Source: Botryllus schlosseri (Eukaryota). Taken from it: a DNA stretch of 64,000 nucleotides. The notes under the pieces were generated by a model. It saw only the letters and a program-made list of their open reading frames with translations. It was not told where the DNA came from and did not search any database. Location: positions 310,001-374,000 of the forward strand of contig CM119372.1 of assembly GCA_051294905.1 (NCBI GenBank), written 5' to 3'. Of the stretch, positions 52,310-64,000 are shown piece by piece (position 1 is the first letter of the stretch; each line of letters opens with the position of its first letter). The position numbers were made by a program, and so were the translations under genes.

Positions 52310-52725
52310 ACGTTTGGTCAATTGTTTCCATCTCTGTGTGGGCTGTTGTTGATTGAATTTGTATACTTTTTGTACCCCAATTGGTCGAAGAATCTCCCTC
52401 TCCAGCTACTGGAGACGTCTGAATAAAACGCGCAAAATAATACGTCTGGTTTTGTGAGGAAAGACTTGTCAGTAGAAAGCGTTAGGGCCGTGGTTTCACA
52501 TTTTTAGTAGCGCTCTCCTTGCAGTGGGCCATGGCGAACTTCTAATACCCCTGTGCTAGTGCACTACCATAGTAATTCGGAAACGGAGACCCTATACAAA
52601 TCACGGGTTTATAATATCGGACATCATCGGACTGGTCATTTGAAGATCTTGATCAGTACAATACATTTCTAGTCCTAGACGGCTGAAAGACCCCTTCCGG
52701 CCTTCATCGTCAACATTCCAGGTAT

Positions 52726-53498
52726 CGGTGTTGGGATCAAGTCACTACCTTCGAGTCACGAGTAATTGCACATTTTGACTCGAGTCAAGTCAATCGGTTT
52801 TCAGATGTGACTCGAGTCAAGTCGCTCCATTTTGCAGGTGACTCGAGTCAATTCAAGTCATGTTGCCTTTTCGAAGTATGAGGCATGATAACGTCATTGC
52901 ATTTTGCTAGCTCTGATATACGGATTGAGTTTTCATTGATTTTGAACCGATGAACGCATATAGAGTTAAATATACACGCAAGAAGGCGCTGCATCGATCA
53001 CATGAGTAAAACTGCTAAACCTCAGTTTATAGTTAGTTACCTGCCAAGATAGAGAATAGATACGAATTGGCAAGATGCAATACATAACGCATTTGCAAAT
53101 CGGTATGATACAATTCGAGCCAGCGCCAATGGTTGAGGACTATATTCGAATCCAGTTTCAATAAAACAATAGGTTTGGTTAAGGTACAAACAGAACAAAA
53201 TTTACTTTACTATACTAGTTTATTACAACGTAAGCTGTTTGCGGTCAATTCATTTGTGAGAGAACAATGGAGGCTCAGTGAAACGCACGATCATTAAATG
53301 ATTAGTCGCTCTCACGGGTTCATCAGCGTTTGGCGAACAATACGAACATATGCAAGATGCAGTGATTTTGATCAAAACCGATTACTTGATGACTTGAAAT
53401 TGACTCGTGAATTTTGCTCCGAGTCACGAGTCAATCCACCTTTCTGATAGGCCAAGTCAAGTCATACGAAAAAGGTGACTCGAGTCATCCCAACACTG
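52726..53498. mobile_element. hAT MITE, second copy of the 10178-11135 family
   Basis: CGGTGTTGGGA...TCCCAACACTG, perfect TSD CCAGGTAT, colinear internal sequence. Confidence 0.9.
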
Positions 53499-55189
53499 CC
53501 AGGTATCGCGCCGTCGATTAGTAGGTTAAGTTTTTCAACTTTTTTACAGCTTCCTAAATACTCAGTTATGTAGGATGCTGTTTGAAGGAATCATATCGTG
53601 ACTTCTGTTCCATTTTTTTTTCGATTTTCATGAGGATTATTCGATTTTTCATGCAACCAATTTACTGGAAATATTTGGTAGTATATTTAAATAGATCGGT
53701 CACTTTTTTTGAGAGTTTTGGTGAAATGCACGGATAAATTTGACTGGATTACCGTAAATCAGCACCGAAGTAACGCTCTAACGGGTATTTCGGGCGCTGA
53801 GCCGAAAAGTTGACCTTGTTTTTAGCCAACCAATGGTAAATGTGGATGGAAAACTATTTCTGGGAAGTTGAGCTTTTTTTATTTAGTCAACCGACCAAAA
53901 TGTGGACTTTTGATGCAACTTTCGCGAAAAATAAATGCAACTTTCCACGGATTTAACTGCAACAAAAACTTGCCCTAATCTAGATATATCATTGGAATAG
54001 CCTAATGCAGTGGTTCCCAACCTTTTCCGACCCATCGCCCCCTTTTCAAGCTCAACAGCGATCATCGCCCCCCAAATTTTGTGAACCGAAAAATGGGCAT
54101 ACAAACTGTAATCACCGGCGGGTTGACTAAAAAAAGGTCAACTTTTCGCGGCTCGATGTCGAATTTTTCACTTTTGCAACAAAATTTTAGAAGGTTGACT
54201 AAAAAAAAAGGTCATTTCTTCGAATTGACTCCAATGATAGCCGTTTTAACGCGTCATCGCCCCCCTTCGCTATCTTCGCCCCCTTGTCAGTTTTCGCCCC
54301 CCTATCGCCCCTTCGTCATTTTCGCCTCCTTAGCAGAGATGAGCGGATTTGAAATTTAGTAATCTATAGTCGCATCTACGGTTTACCTTAGTTATCTATA
54401 CTGTAACTGCCATGCCCCAGAGCCGTACTGACTCCGGAATCACCGGTTGGCAAGACCAGTCATGCGTAGAGCATTTTGCAAGTGCAGGAAGAAATTACAG
54501 ACTGCCGCTGCCGGCACTTACTACAGTAGATATGTTATTCTGCCAGCACTTTAATCGAGGAGGATAGAGTGGGGGTGAAGTAGGGGGGGGGGGGGGGGGG
54601 TGAAGTAGGGGGGGGGGGGACGAGACGGAGACTCCTAGAATACGGGTGTTAGGGGAAAGTCTATATCGTCGCAGTGTAATCAAAGTATAGCCTATGTCTA
54701 TTTCTCTATTTCATTATTTGGAAATCAATTTTTTCAAACTTGTAGAAAATCAAGTTTTTGTGAAATTTAAATGTTTTTCTGCCACATTATGGCCGTTTTT
54801 ATGTTTATCACGTTGTTTCAGAGTAAACCATGGTCAGGATATGGCCGAATGAAAGTGAAAACTTTACATGAAGGTACTTTTCTTGAAATGTGTAAATTAT
54901 AGACATAACTAACATCGATACTGGAATCTCGGTACATTTTGCCTAATATAACATGTGAGCAGCGGTGATTTTCCAAGTTGAAGTCATTTAATGAAAAATA
55001 ATTGAAAAAATAAAACATAGTGTGAGCAGTGAGCACACAGCGCAGGACACCGATTCCATATAGGACTAACATAACATACCGTACATACAATAAGCAAATT
55101 CCACAGCGACGATATTTCCAGTCAAAAGAAGTGACTATTATGGATGCTTTTTTCCTGAATTTTGCAGTTTCCTTATTACTCCCCAATAA

Positions 55190-55942
55190 ATGCTAAGGAC
55201 AATCAGCCAGAAAGTCTTATCCACTAAACTTCGGACTCAAATCAAAGCCATGAAAAGAGCAATGGACCCTAGCTGTCCCGTCATAAAGCTGAATAAAGAC
55301 TACAAAGATGCCGTCGAAAGAACAGTAGACGTGTTGAAAAACGAAGGGGTTGTAGCATTGCCTACAGACACTGTATATGGGGTTGCGTGTCTGGCACAGT
55401 CCACAAAAGCAGTAGAACGAATCTACAAAATAAAAGGCCGCGACCTTTCAAAACCCATTGCTATTTGTGTGGGTGAAGTGAAAGATGTTTACAAGTGGGG
55501 TCAAGCCCCATTTTCTGCAAAATCTGAAGCTCTGCTGGATGATGTCTTCCCTGGACCAGTTACAATGGTCACAAAGCGTACCGACGTATTGAACCCTAAT
55601 TTAAACTCAGGAACTGAACTTGTGGGTGTTCGCATACCTGATCATGAATTTATCCGAGAGTTAGCTAATAGACTTGAAGAACCCTTGGCTCTGACATCTG
55701 CTAATTTTTCGTCACAAATGAGTTCATTATGTATCAACGATTTCAGTGGACTGCACAGCAGATTAGATCTGATCGTAGACGGAGGTTTGATCGGAACTGG
55801 CGTTCAGTCGGAGAGTTCAAGAAAAGGTTCAACCGTTTTCAAGATAAATTCGGATTCGTTTGAGATTATCCGAGAGGGCTGCGCATGTGACGCGACAATC
55901 GTGACTTTGCGGGATAAATGGGGGTTGACTTTGCTCGGGTGA
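55190..55942 (+). CDS. YRDC: Threonylcarbamoyl-AMP synthase (YrdC/Sua5), single coding exon, 250 aa
   Basis: VVALPTDTVYG, IYKIKGRDLSKP, PGPVT, VGVRIPD, PLALTSAN, GSTV and IIREG motifs. Confidence 0.95.
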   Translation: MLRTISQKVLSTKLRTQIKAMKRAMDPSCPVIKLNKDYKDAVERTVDVLKNEGVVALPTDTVYGVACLAQSTKAVERIYKIKGRDLSKPIAICVGEVKDVYKWGQAPFSAKSEALLDDVFPGPVTMVTKRTDVLNPNLNSGTELVGVRIPDHEFIRELANRLEEPLALTSANFSSQMSSLCINDFSGLHSRLDLIVDGGLIGTGVQSESSRKGSTVFKINSDSFEIIREGCACDATIVTLRDKWGLTLLG

Positions 55943-57904
55943 ATCATTTTCACTCTGTTGTACAGATGTAAGGGTCGTGGTTTTCGGGATCTGAATCGTG
56001 TTTGATAAAATGAAATTAGGATCCAAAACAATCATGTACAAGGCTGTGCATTAAGGTTTTTCGAAAATAACTTTTTTGTTAAAATTTTACTTCCTAAATA
56101 AATGCTGGACGCTGCACACCAAATTTGGTTCAATTCCAACCTGTACAAGCGCGAAGCTATAGGAGTAGAAAGTATTAAATTTAAAAATGACTTTTTTCAA
56201 ATTTCACTTTGAACCCCATGAAATAATTATGTTGTCTAAAAGACGATTTTTGATAAAGTTGACTAATTCCAACCAGTAGAAGGGAAGTTATTAGAGCACA
56301 AAACTTTGGAGTTGAGAATAATAGTATTTACGATGGCAAATTCTTTAATTATTTATTATAGAACTACCAGCTATAAATACCTTTATTTGAAATCAACAAT
56401 TTTGAACATCAACTATCTACTGAGTGGAATTGAGTCAAATTTGGTGTGCATTGTATTTGTAGGCATCCCAACAATTTCATGTGGTTGCCGGTAAATTTTG
56501 AAATATTATTTTTTACATCAAATTAACAATTTTCGAACTCTAAATAGCTTCGCTTCTACAGGTTGGAATAGAGCCAAATTTGGTGTGCTACATTTCTCAT
56601 CCAACCTAACAATTTTGTCGAATAGCCAGATAAATGTTAATAAAAGAGTAATTTTTGAATCGCCCCAATGTTATAATATCTTTCCTATGATACCTCACGG
56701 CAATGCAATCAAGCGGAACCAGTCGAGTCCAATTTCAAGCGAAACATTAAAGTGAACAAACCAAAATTTTGAATCCTGTTGAAATCAGGTAATTGGGCGA
56801 GCAATGTGATTTTGGATTCAATCCAGATCCAGAAAAAACTTTTCGAATTCAAGTCCGGTTAGCTAATGAAGTGCTTCTACTTCAAGTAGATTTTGCCTAC
56901 TTCCACAAGTGGTTAAGTTTTAGACTACTGCATTCACTTCACATATATCACTTCTCTAGGCAAAAGTAGGTGTGGGATATTTACATTTCTACTTGGTTAA
57001 GGAAATGAAACTTGTACTTCAGTAGAAATTCACTTCTACTTGAGTACTAACGGCGGCTACTTGACCACCTCTGACCAGACTTGGACAACCAGATGATTCT
57101 AGTTGTCGAATCAGACTAAATTAGAGCGAAATGCTGGTGATCTAATTTTGAAGTGTTTCCATGCTCTTATTTTAATTCTAATGTAATTTCTGGCTTTCCT
57201 GTAAATGCTGCAGGAGAACTGTATCATGCGATACGAGTCAAGTTTGTTCTACAGACATTTGCTATTCTTGTGCTCATAAGAATCAACTATGAGTTGATAT
57301 TACGGAAATTGATTCGATGACCAAGTTGCCACCAATTCAGTAATTCTAATCTAATTTGGAAAAAAGTGTGTAGCTATCATTCTAATTTTAATCTAATTTG
57401 GAATTTTTTTTTTATTAAGGATAGAGTTTTCGCGCTTCACTGTTTTGTGCATTTCTTACCCATTATTGCATCAATGACTTTTTTGTGCAATAAATCATGT
57501 TTCGTACAATTGTGTAGCTTGCTTTGATTGGATGTCTGCACCTTTTATGTTTCACACGTACCCGTAAAAACATGGCATGCTAACATTAGAAATGCAAACG
57601 TGTCAATGTGTGAGGCTTTGGGTCACGAGACGGATCTCAAGATTTGGTCTGTGTTCTAAAGAGCTAGAGAAACACTGATGAAGAGAGTCCTGTAGGTACT
57701 GAACTTCACGTACCATTGAATAATATATTGATATTGAAATAAAACCGTCATTCGTCACGGGTAATCGTAAGCAACTAGTAGAGAATTGAAAAGAAATTTG
57801 ACTTCAATTAGGGTGAATGCTGTAGCATCTTTGCCGTGCTGGAGACGTGTAGTTTTACAGAACTTTTATTACGGATACAGATTACAGATTATAACCGTCA
57901 ATCA

Positions 57905-60900
57905 TTAATGAAACAGGATCAGGTAAACAGCAGCAAGGAAACAAGGTAGGAGTGACGTCGACGTGGTTGTAGCACCGTTGTCAATGCTGACGGTCCAATC
58001 TTCATTGACGATCGTGTCTGGAAAGAATGGATGTCAGAGTCGCGCTAGGAACTGAATTCAGAATAGGGTTAGGCGCAATGAGTCGAGTAATCCAAGCTGA
58101 ATCGATTATTAGCTCTAAGAATTCGAGCCGAGTTGTGAGAGGTGATTTTTTCCAGTACGAAAATATACGCTCCTTGCCGTCAACGAGAATGATGGTTTCA
58201 ATACTATTTTGCACTGTGGTGAGCTGTAAACATCGATTGGTCGAGTCCAAACATGTAATACAAAGGTACACGCGCCAGACTTGAACAACTGGATCATTCA
58301 GTGTCTAAGAAGAGCGAAATAATCTAATTCAAATGCAATTTGTGAAATGTTTGTCACTTGAAAATGCTACAGCGTGCGGAACGAGCCAAGTTCCGCGCAC
58401 AGACATTTGCCATTTTGTACTTGCGTGATCGAACTCTGAATCGATATGAAGTGAACTTGATTGAATTTGCAAGTTTCCATAAATTCGGTAATATCCGTAT
58501 GTTCTATATATCTGTATAAAATATCTGTGAATTTGTGATCGACCCACAAATAGGTTTGCTTGAAAAATAGCAAACCTTCTTCAATGTGATGTAGAACTGG
58601 CATGCAATCTTTGTGGTCGCATAAAAATTACATATTTCAACTTTCCGCATCTTTCATACTGTTATGCCATGATAACGGGTGACGCTCGAAGCCTAATAAT
58701 CGACTCAGAAGCGAACAAACTTGTCGGAGGCTCCCAGCTGTAGTCCGGCCATCCTCTCACTTCACGATGTTTGTCGTTTTCGACCTTGAGGAAATCCTGC
58801 AGGTCTGCAAAGTATCGGAGCAAGGAAGCGGACGACATCTCGCGGGTACCGGTCACTTGCTCGAGCGCGTCCTCCCAAATCACGCTCGACCCCAGTTTGA
58901 GCATGTTCCTGGAAATGAAAGACTCGTGTCATATTTCTAAGGCTCCGTAAAGCATGGGTGTATCTAGTTGGTCAAATGTAGGGTTACCATACGTCCTCTT
59001 TCAGGTTTTTGTTAGAAAATGTCCTCCGAGGACGCCTAAATGTCCTCCGTTTTGAGATTCTGTCCTCTTTTTTGAGAATTTTTGTTAAATTTAGGGCAAA
59101 TTCGACTTAGATACCATAAATTAGCACTGAAGTAACGCTCCGGCTGCTATTTCGGGAGCTGAGCCGGAAAAATGACTTTTTTTTTAGTCAACCACGTAGA
59201 AAGACTGTATTTTGGGCACTGAGCGAGAAAGTTGACCTTTTTTAAGTCAATCGACCACGAAGTGGTTAAATTTACCATTTTTCATCCAGTATTGCAAGTT
59301 TGAAAATTTTGAAAAAGTGTCCGCCTTTCCCAGATTCCAAAATATGATAACCCTAGTCAAATGATACCAGCTTCTCTACTATATTTCATTATTCTACTTG
59401 AGCAGCCCCAGTGTCACTAACTATTTTACTTCAGCAGCACCAATGTCGCCAGCTATGTCGACTTACCAGGAAGTATTAAATTATTCTACTTGAGTAGCCC
59501 CCCTGTCGCCAACTATTCTATTTGAATAGCATCAATGTTCACAACTATTCTACTTGAGTAGCCACAATATCGGCAACCATCTCAAGCTCAACTCTGCCAA
59601 CAAATATTTCATTATTCTGGAGTAGCATCAAGTATTGCCGACAAAATTGATACATCCGTTAAGCATCTTACCCGAGTTTTGCTCCCGCGTCCAAATTACT
59701 GTCAAAATCGCATTTGTAAAGGGGGCCTTGGTGACCAGAGGCGTCGCAAAGTGCCTCGTAGAATTGAAATTGCAGGATAAAGCTCGTGAAATACCTGTAA
59801 CAGCAGCCATTAGGGTTGATTTAAAAAAAGAATTGCCAATATTTGCGGCTATTTCATAAAATTGATAGGTTGGTTAAAAAAACGTTACGTACCAAATTTG
59901 GCTCAATTCCAACTAGAAGATATGAAGCTAGAGTAGTTTGGAAATTTTGAATTCATCATCAAAAAATGAAAGATCTTTTTTACAAATTTTACCATCCCCC
60001 CATGGTGAGTTGGGTACAAAAATGACGCAAAACAAAGTTGATTCAATCGCAATCCGTAGAAGTGAAGTTTTTCGAGTTTACCGGACCACGACCTGACATA
60101 TCGATCTCGCCTTCCGTCGCATGCCACCTTTTTTTCACCTGTCCTTTTATATCATCTTCTTTTACTTTTCATTCAGTGTGCCTGCCTCCTTGTTACATCG
60201 CCTAGGCCAGGTGGGTGTCTGATTTCGAAGGCTGCTCCAACTCGTTTCGACACCTTCTTATCTCTCATTGCATCGCAGTCTTGTGGTGCATTGAAATTTT
60301 TAGCAACAAGTTGAATTGAATTCATTCATAATTCTGGGATTAAGCGTCGTCAATGCTAATTTCACAAATCCAAAATTTTCAACTGCAATTACTTCGTTTC
60401 TACCGGTTGGAAATGACCAAAAACGGTCCTGAATCATTATTTTATACAACTTCATTTTTTTGCTAATAAATCCAAAACTTTCAAACTCCTATAGCTTATA
60501 TCTACTCCTCGGAATTGAATCAAATTTGTTTTGAAAAATAATTTATTTTTTAACAACCAGAGGGTCATACTCATGGTAGGCTTGGGCGAAAATGCCACAA
60601 TTAAGTTACCTAATGTACGGCACATTGTTGGAAACGTGGAATTTCGCAGCTGGGTCAAAATCATATTCGTCCCTCGGCAAAGGAGGGGTTACGCCTTGAT
60701 ATTTGAGTCGATATTCCCACCAGCCTTGATTCAAATTTCTTGAGTCCACCTGAAATAGGATTTAAAAATAGATCGTAAGCCGAAAGGCACAACGATTCTT
60801 TCGAGAACTGAAATGATACGCTCCTTTCCACTAATTCATCAACAAGACTGATAGTTTTGACACTATTTTCCACTGGGGAAGCTTTGGCACCTCGATTGGT

Positions 60901-63870
60901 TGTATCACTGCATACGAGACATGTAGTAGAAACAGTGGTAGTCAAAGTACTTACCATTGGTACTTGAGCAACACTAAAAGTAACGCCGTAAATAAAACTC
61001 AAGTTCAACTAGAAGTAGCGATTTACAAGTAAGTAGTCAAGGGGGCGTTTCTTCGAGATACCCCCGAGATCAAAATTTATAAACGGAAGAATAAATTATT
61101 TTTCGTGTCGGGATTGGGATGGAATTGGAGTTGTGGGTGCTGGATATTAGGGTGGGAAGTGGGTTAGGGTTATGGTTAGGGTATCCCAATATTTGGGTTT
61201 TGGGTGGGAGATATTAGGGTTGGAGGATGACGAATGTTAGGGTTGGGGAGAAAATATATTAGGGTTGGACGATAGTTTGAGGATTTTATCATCCCTAACC
61301 CTAATATCTCTCACCTACAACCCTAATATATCCCACTCATAACCCTAATATCTCGGGGGTATATCGAAGAAGCGCCAAAAAGTGAGTATCTAGGCCTAGT
61401 TTTGTCAAAAAATCTCAATACCGTCCAGTGAGAGTAGAAGTAACACCGTAAATTTCCACTCAAGTACAAGTAGAAACTTGCAAATATGCAGAATAGTTAG
61501 TATTCCAGACCTTTTTTGCCTAAAAACTGACAAGTAAGAGCAGAAGTACTTTGTTACTAACCACCTCTGACTACAACGCTACGCACAAAGTAAAACCGTA
61601 GAGTTCTACTCAAATAGAAGTGGAAGTAGTGAGTAACAAGGAAGTAGGAAATCAAGTATTTTAGACCTAGTGCTGCCTAAACACCTGGAAACTGTCCGGT
61701 AGAGTAGAAGTGAAGTCGGAAATTTCGACTAAAGTAGAAATAGAAATTTGCAACCTAGTATTTTAGGATTAGTTTTGATTCTAAAAACTGCAAAGTAAAA
61801 GTAGTCTAAAATCATAACCACTTGAGGAAGTAGTACAAGTATTTACAAGTACATTCTGAAAAGTTCAAGTACTTTGTTACTGGCCATACTGATTACAAAG
61901 CTATGCACAATAGTGGAGATCACATATCTGCCAAGTTGTGGTCGACCCGCAGCATTGTCTAAAAGTGCAATGAAATAGGTACGGTCAAAAAAATACAAAA
62001 GTATATTTAATGTGTTGTAGAACTTGTATTATATTCTTGGTGGTCGCATAAAAGGTACATAGTTGAACTTTCCGCATCATTCATACTGACTGTAATGTCC
62101 ACAAAAAATGCGTGACTCACCCTGCCACTGAAAACGTCCCACCGATATTTATCAATGAGATAACCAAACGGTAAGAATGCGATTTTATCAAGAGCTTGAC
62201 TCATCAGGTAGTTGATGTTGCTCTCCGAGTCATCCGCTGGCGTCGGAATCAGATCCAACTTTGCCATATGCTCCAAAGTACTCACGGAGAGAGCCAGGGT
62301 GTCGCCGACCTAAACAATAGTAAGGACTCGAATTATGCGATTATCTCATTCTCGAGAATAGAGATTTTTTGAAGAACTATAATCTGCGACAGCTAGGCTA
62401 GGAATGTTGATCAATTCTCATGGCTTACAAGGGTCCTGAAGCAGCCTTTCTACTATATTGAATGACCAAGTGTAACAAGGGCTGTAAAGCTGTCGAAATA
62501 AATGCTGTGAAGCATTAGAAATGCACCTCAAGTTAGACGCAATATCTTTGAATATTGGGGTTATCGGTGAAGTGTGATTGGTTTTAATATTGGCTCAAGC
62601 AGACTTGGACTAGATATTTATAGTTGCTTAATTAGACTACTTGAAGTTATCTAATTTTATGAATGTTTCTACGCTTTCATTTTAATTCTTTACCAATTTC
62701 TGGTTTTTCTAAAAATGCTACAGGAGATCTGTACCGTGCAAAACGAGCCAAGCTTGCTGTACAGATATTTGCAATTCTCGTGCTACGAGAACGAGACATG
62801 GTTTCTTTTGAGCTGAGCTTGATTTTGTTGTATCTCTTCCTGATTCGGAATGAAATTCAATTTTAAATTTTACGAATTCAGTCATTCTAATTCTAATCTA
62901 ATATGAAAAAACTGCAAAGCTATCATTATAATTTATTTTAGAAGAGCTGAAAATATTTCAGTCGTCACCAGTTTTCTAATTGTCACCTACCGCTTCGTGG
63001 AATCCGGGATTGGCGCCGTCTCTGAAGGCTACGTGCTGGTCCTTGTACTGGAGATAATACTGAATGTGGCCCAGTTCGTGGTGGATCGTGATGAAGTCTC
63101 GCTGCGTTTTTGTCGTGCACATTTTTATGCTAAAAACATGGAAAGTCGTGCCGGTATTTACGGGTATAGTGATTTCAAGACTTTTTGTTAATTTATTATA
63201 TCAAGTCAAAGTGGGCCCCTCATCGAGAGTTAGCGTTGACAAGTCTACAGAGATTCAAATGATAACCAATTTGGTAAAGTGTGCTGTAATAATGTAGCAA
63301 TAAAAAAGAGCATTAGGTGAAGGCAGGTAGTCATGAAAAAATTCTGGCGAGAAATAGGCCAAAATTAGGGTTACAATACCTACTTTTTTTACTTGCTTTG
63401 AAATTGCTCCTACTCAAGTACAAATTTATGTTACTTCTACTTTGTAACCAACAATAAAGTGGCCGCGTTTTCAGACTAAGTCTACTTTTTTACTCACTTT
63501 GAAATCTATAGTTCTACTTGAGTGGAATTCATGACGTCATTTCTACTTGTACTCGACTGTTTTCAGTCTTCCAGGCTAAAAACTCGGCCTAGAATACCTA
63601 CTTTTATGGCATCTCTGGAATCACTACTTGTGCTTGAGTTTAAATTTAGGAGGTTACATCGACTCCCCTTCGAGTGCTAATGATGACTAGCTCTACTCAC
63701 CGGAAGTCTTTTCTGTTATAAAAATCCCAGGCTGACGCGTGGCAGACCACGTCTCGATCTTCCGGTTTTGTCAGCATGCTCATGTTCCAGAATTCTGCCG
63801 GCACGGCCTCTAGGCCCATGTTGCTGAAGAAATCATCGGCTACTTGGAACATTTCCTCCACTGTCCAGCT
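57905..63870 (-). CDS. ACE: Angiotensin-converting enzyme-like M2 peptidase, last 7 exons (5' part lies beyond the window)
   Basis: Exons 63870-63701, 63129-62991, 62309-62121, 60749-60610, 59794-59672, 58908-58721 and 58017-57905 are in frame with GT-AG. Motifs: [53 protein letters not shown]. The last exon is less certain. Confidence 0.92.
58979..59355. mobile_element. hAT-Blackjack-type MITE in an ACE intron
   Basis: TAGGGTTACCATA...TATGATAACCCTA, perfect TSD GTCAAATG. Confidence 0.9.
61044..61376. mobile_element. Short foldback element with TTAGGG/CCCTAA-rich arms
   Basis: GGCGTTTCTTCGAGATACCCCCGAGAT...ATCTCGGGGGTATATCGAAGAAGCGCC. The termini resemble those of 26635-28296. Confidence 0.7.
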
Positions 63871-64000
63871 CTGCGTAAATAAGTCGAGATTTGTGGCACA
63901 GACAGACTTGTAAAATAAGGGCACTTCAAAAAAAACTTTTCCTTCAGATTTCACAGGCTACTTGATAAAATTGCTAGGTTGGTTAAAAAAACGCTGCAAA

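Noticed and set aside
59380..59575. TATTCTACTTGAGTAGC tandem units as a novel array
   Set aside because: Same motif as the abundant AGTAGAAGTA-rich MITE family seen throughout the window.

Overview
Eukaryotic, AT-rich, transposon-dense invertebrate genomic DNA. It is possibly an ascidian; this is a weak inference from one snoRNA guide matching my recollection of ascidian 18S. Four protein genes can be reconstructed by hand with GT-AG introns: an 8-exon NAD-dependent glycerol-3-phosphate dehydrogenase (minus, 22372-26245, 350 aa), a cytosolic HSP70/HSC70 with 13 coding exons (plus, 40951-52309, 656 aa, ending GPTIEEVD), an intronless YRDC/Sua5 (55190-55942), and the 3' part of an ACE-family M2 peptidase (minus) that appears to end in a GPI-anchor signal. 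The most interesting signal is not in the ORF track: 10 of the 12 introns within the HSP70 coding region carry snoRNA candidates, about 11 in total. They are two U17/snR30 copies, three U31 copies, a SNORA53-like RNA, two H/ACA RNAs with reshuffled 18S guide hairpins, a SNORD52-type guide, a dual 28S/5.8S C/D guide and one weaker H/ACA. No U14, the vertebrate HSPA8 passenger, was found. The rest is mostly Kolobok, hAT (Charlie and Blackjack types), Merlin/foldback-like and other non-autonomous DNA elements, L2/Crack-type LINE fragments and tRNA-derived SINE heads, often nested. Family names and rRNA positions come from my memory of reference sequences, not from searches.
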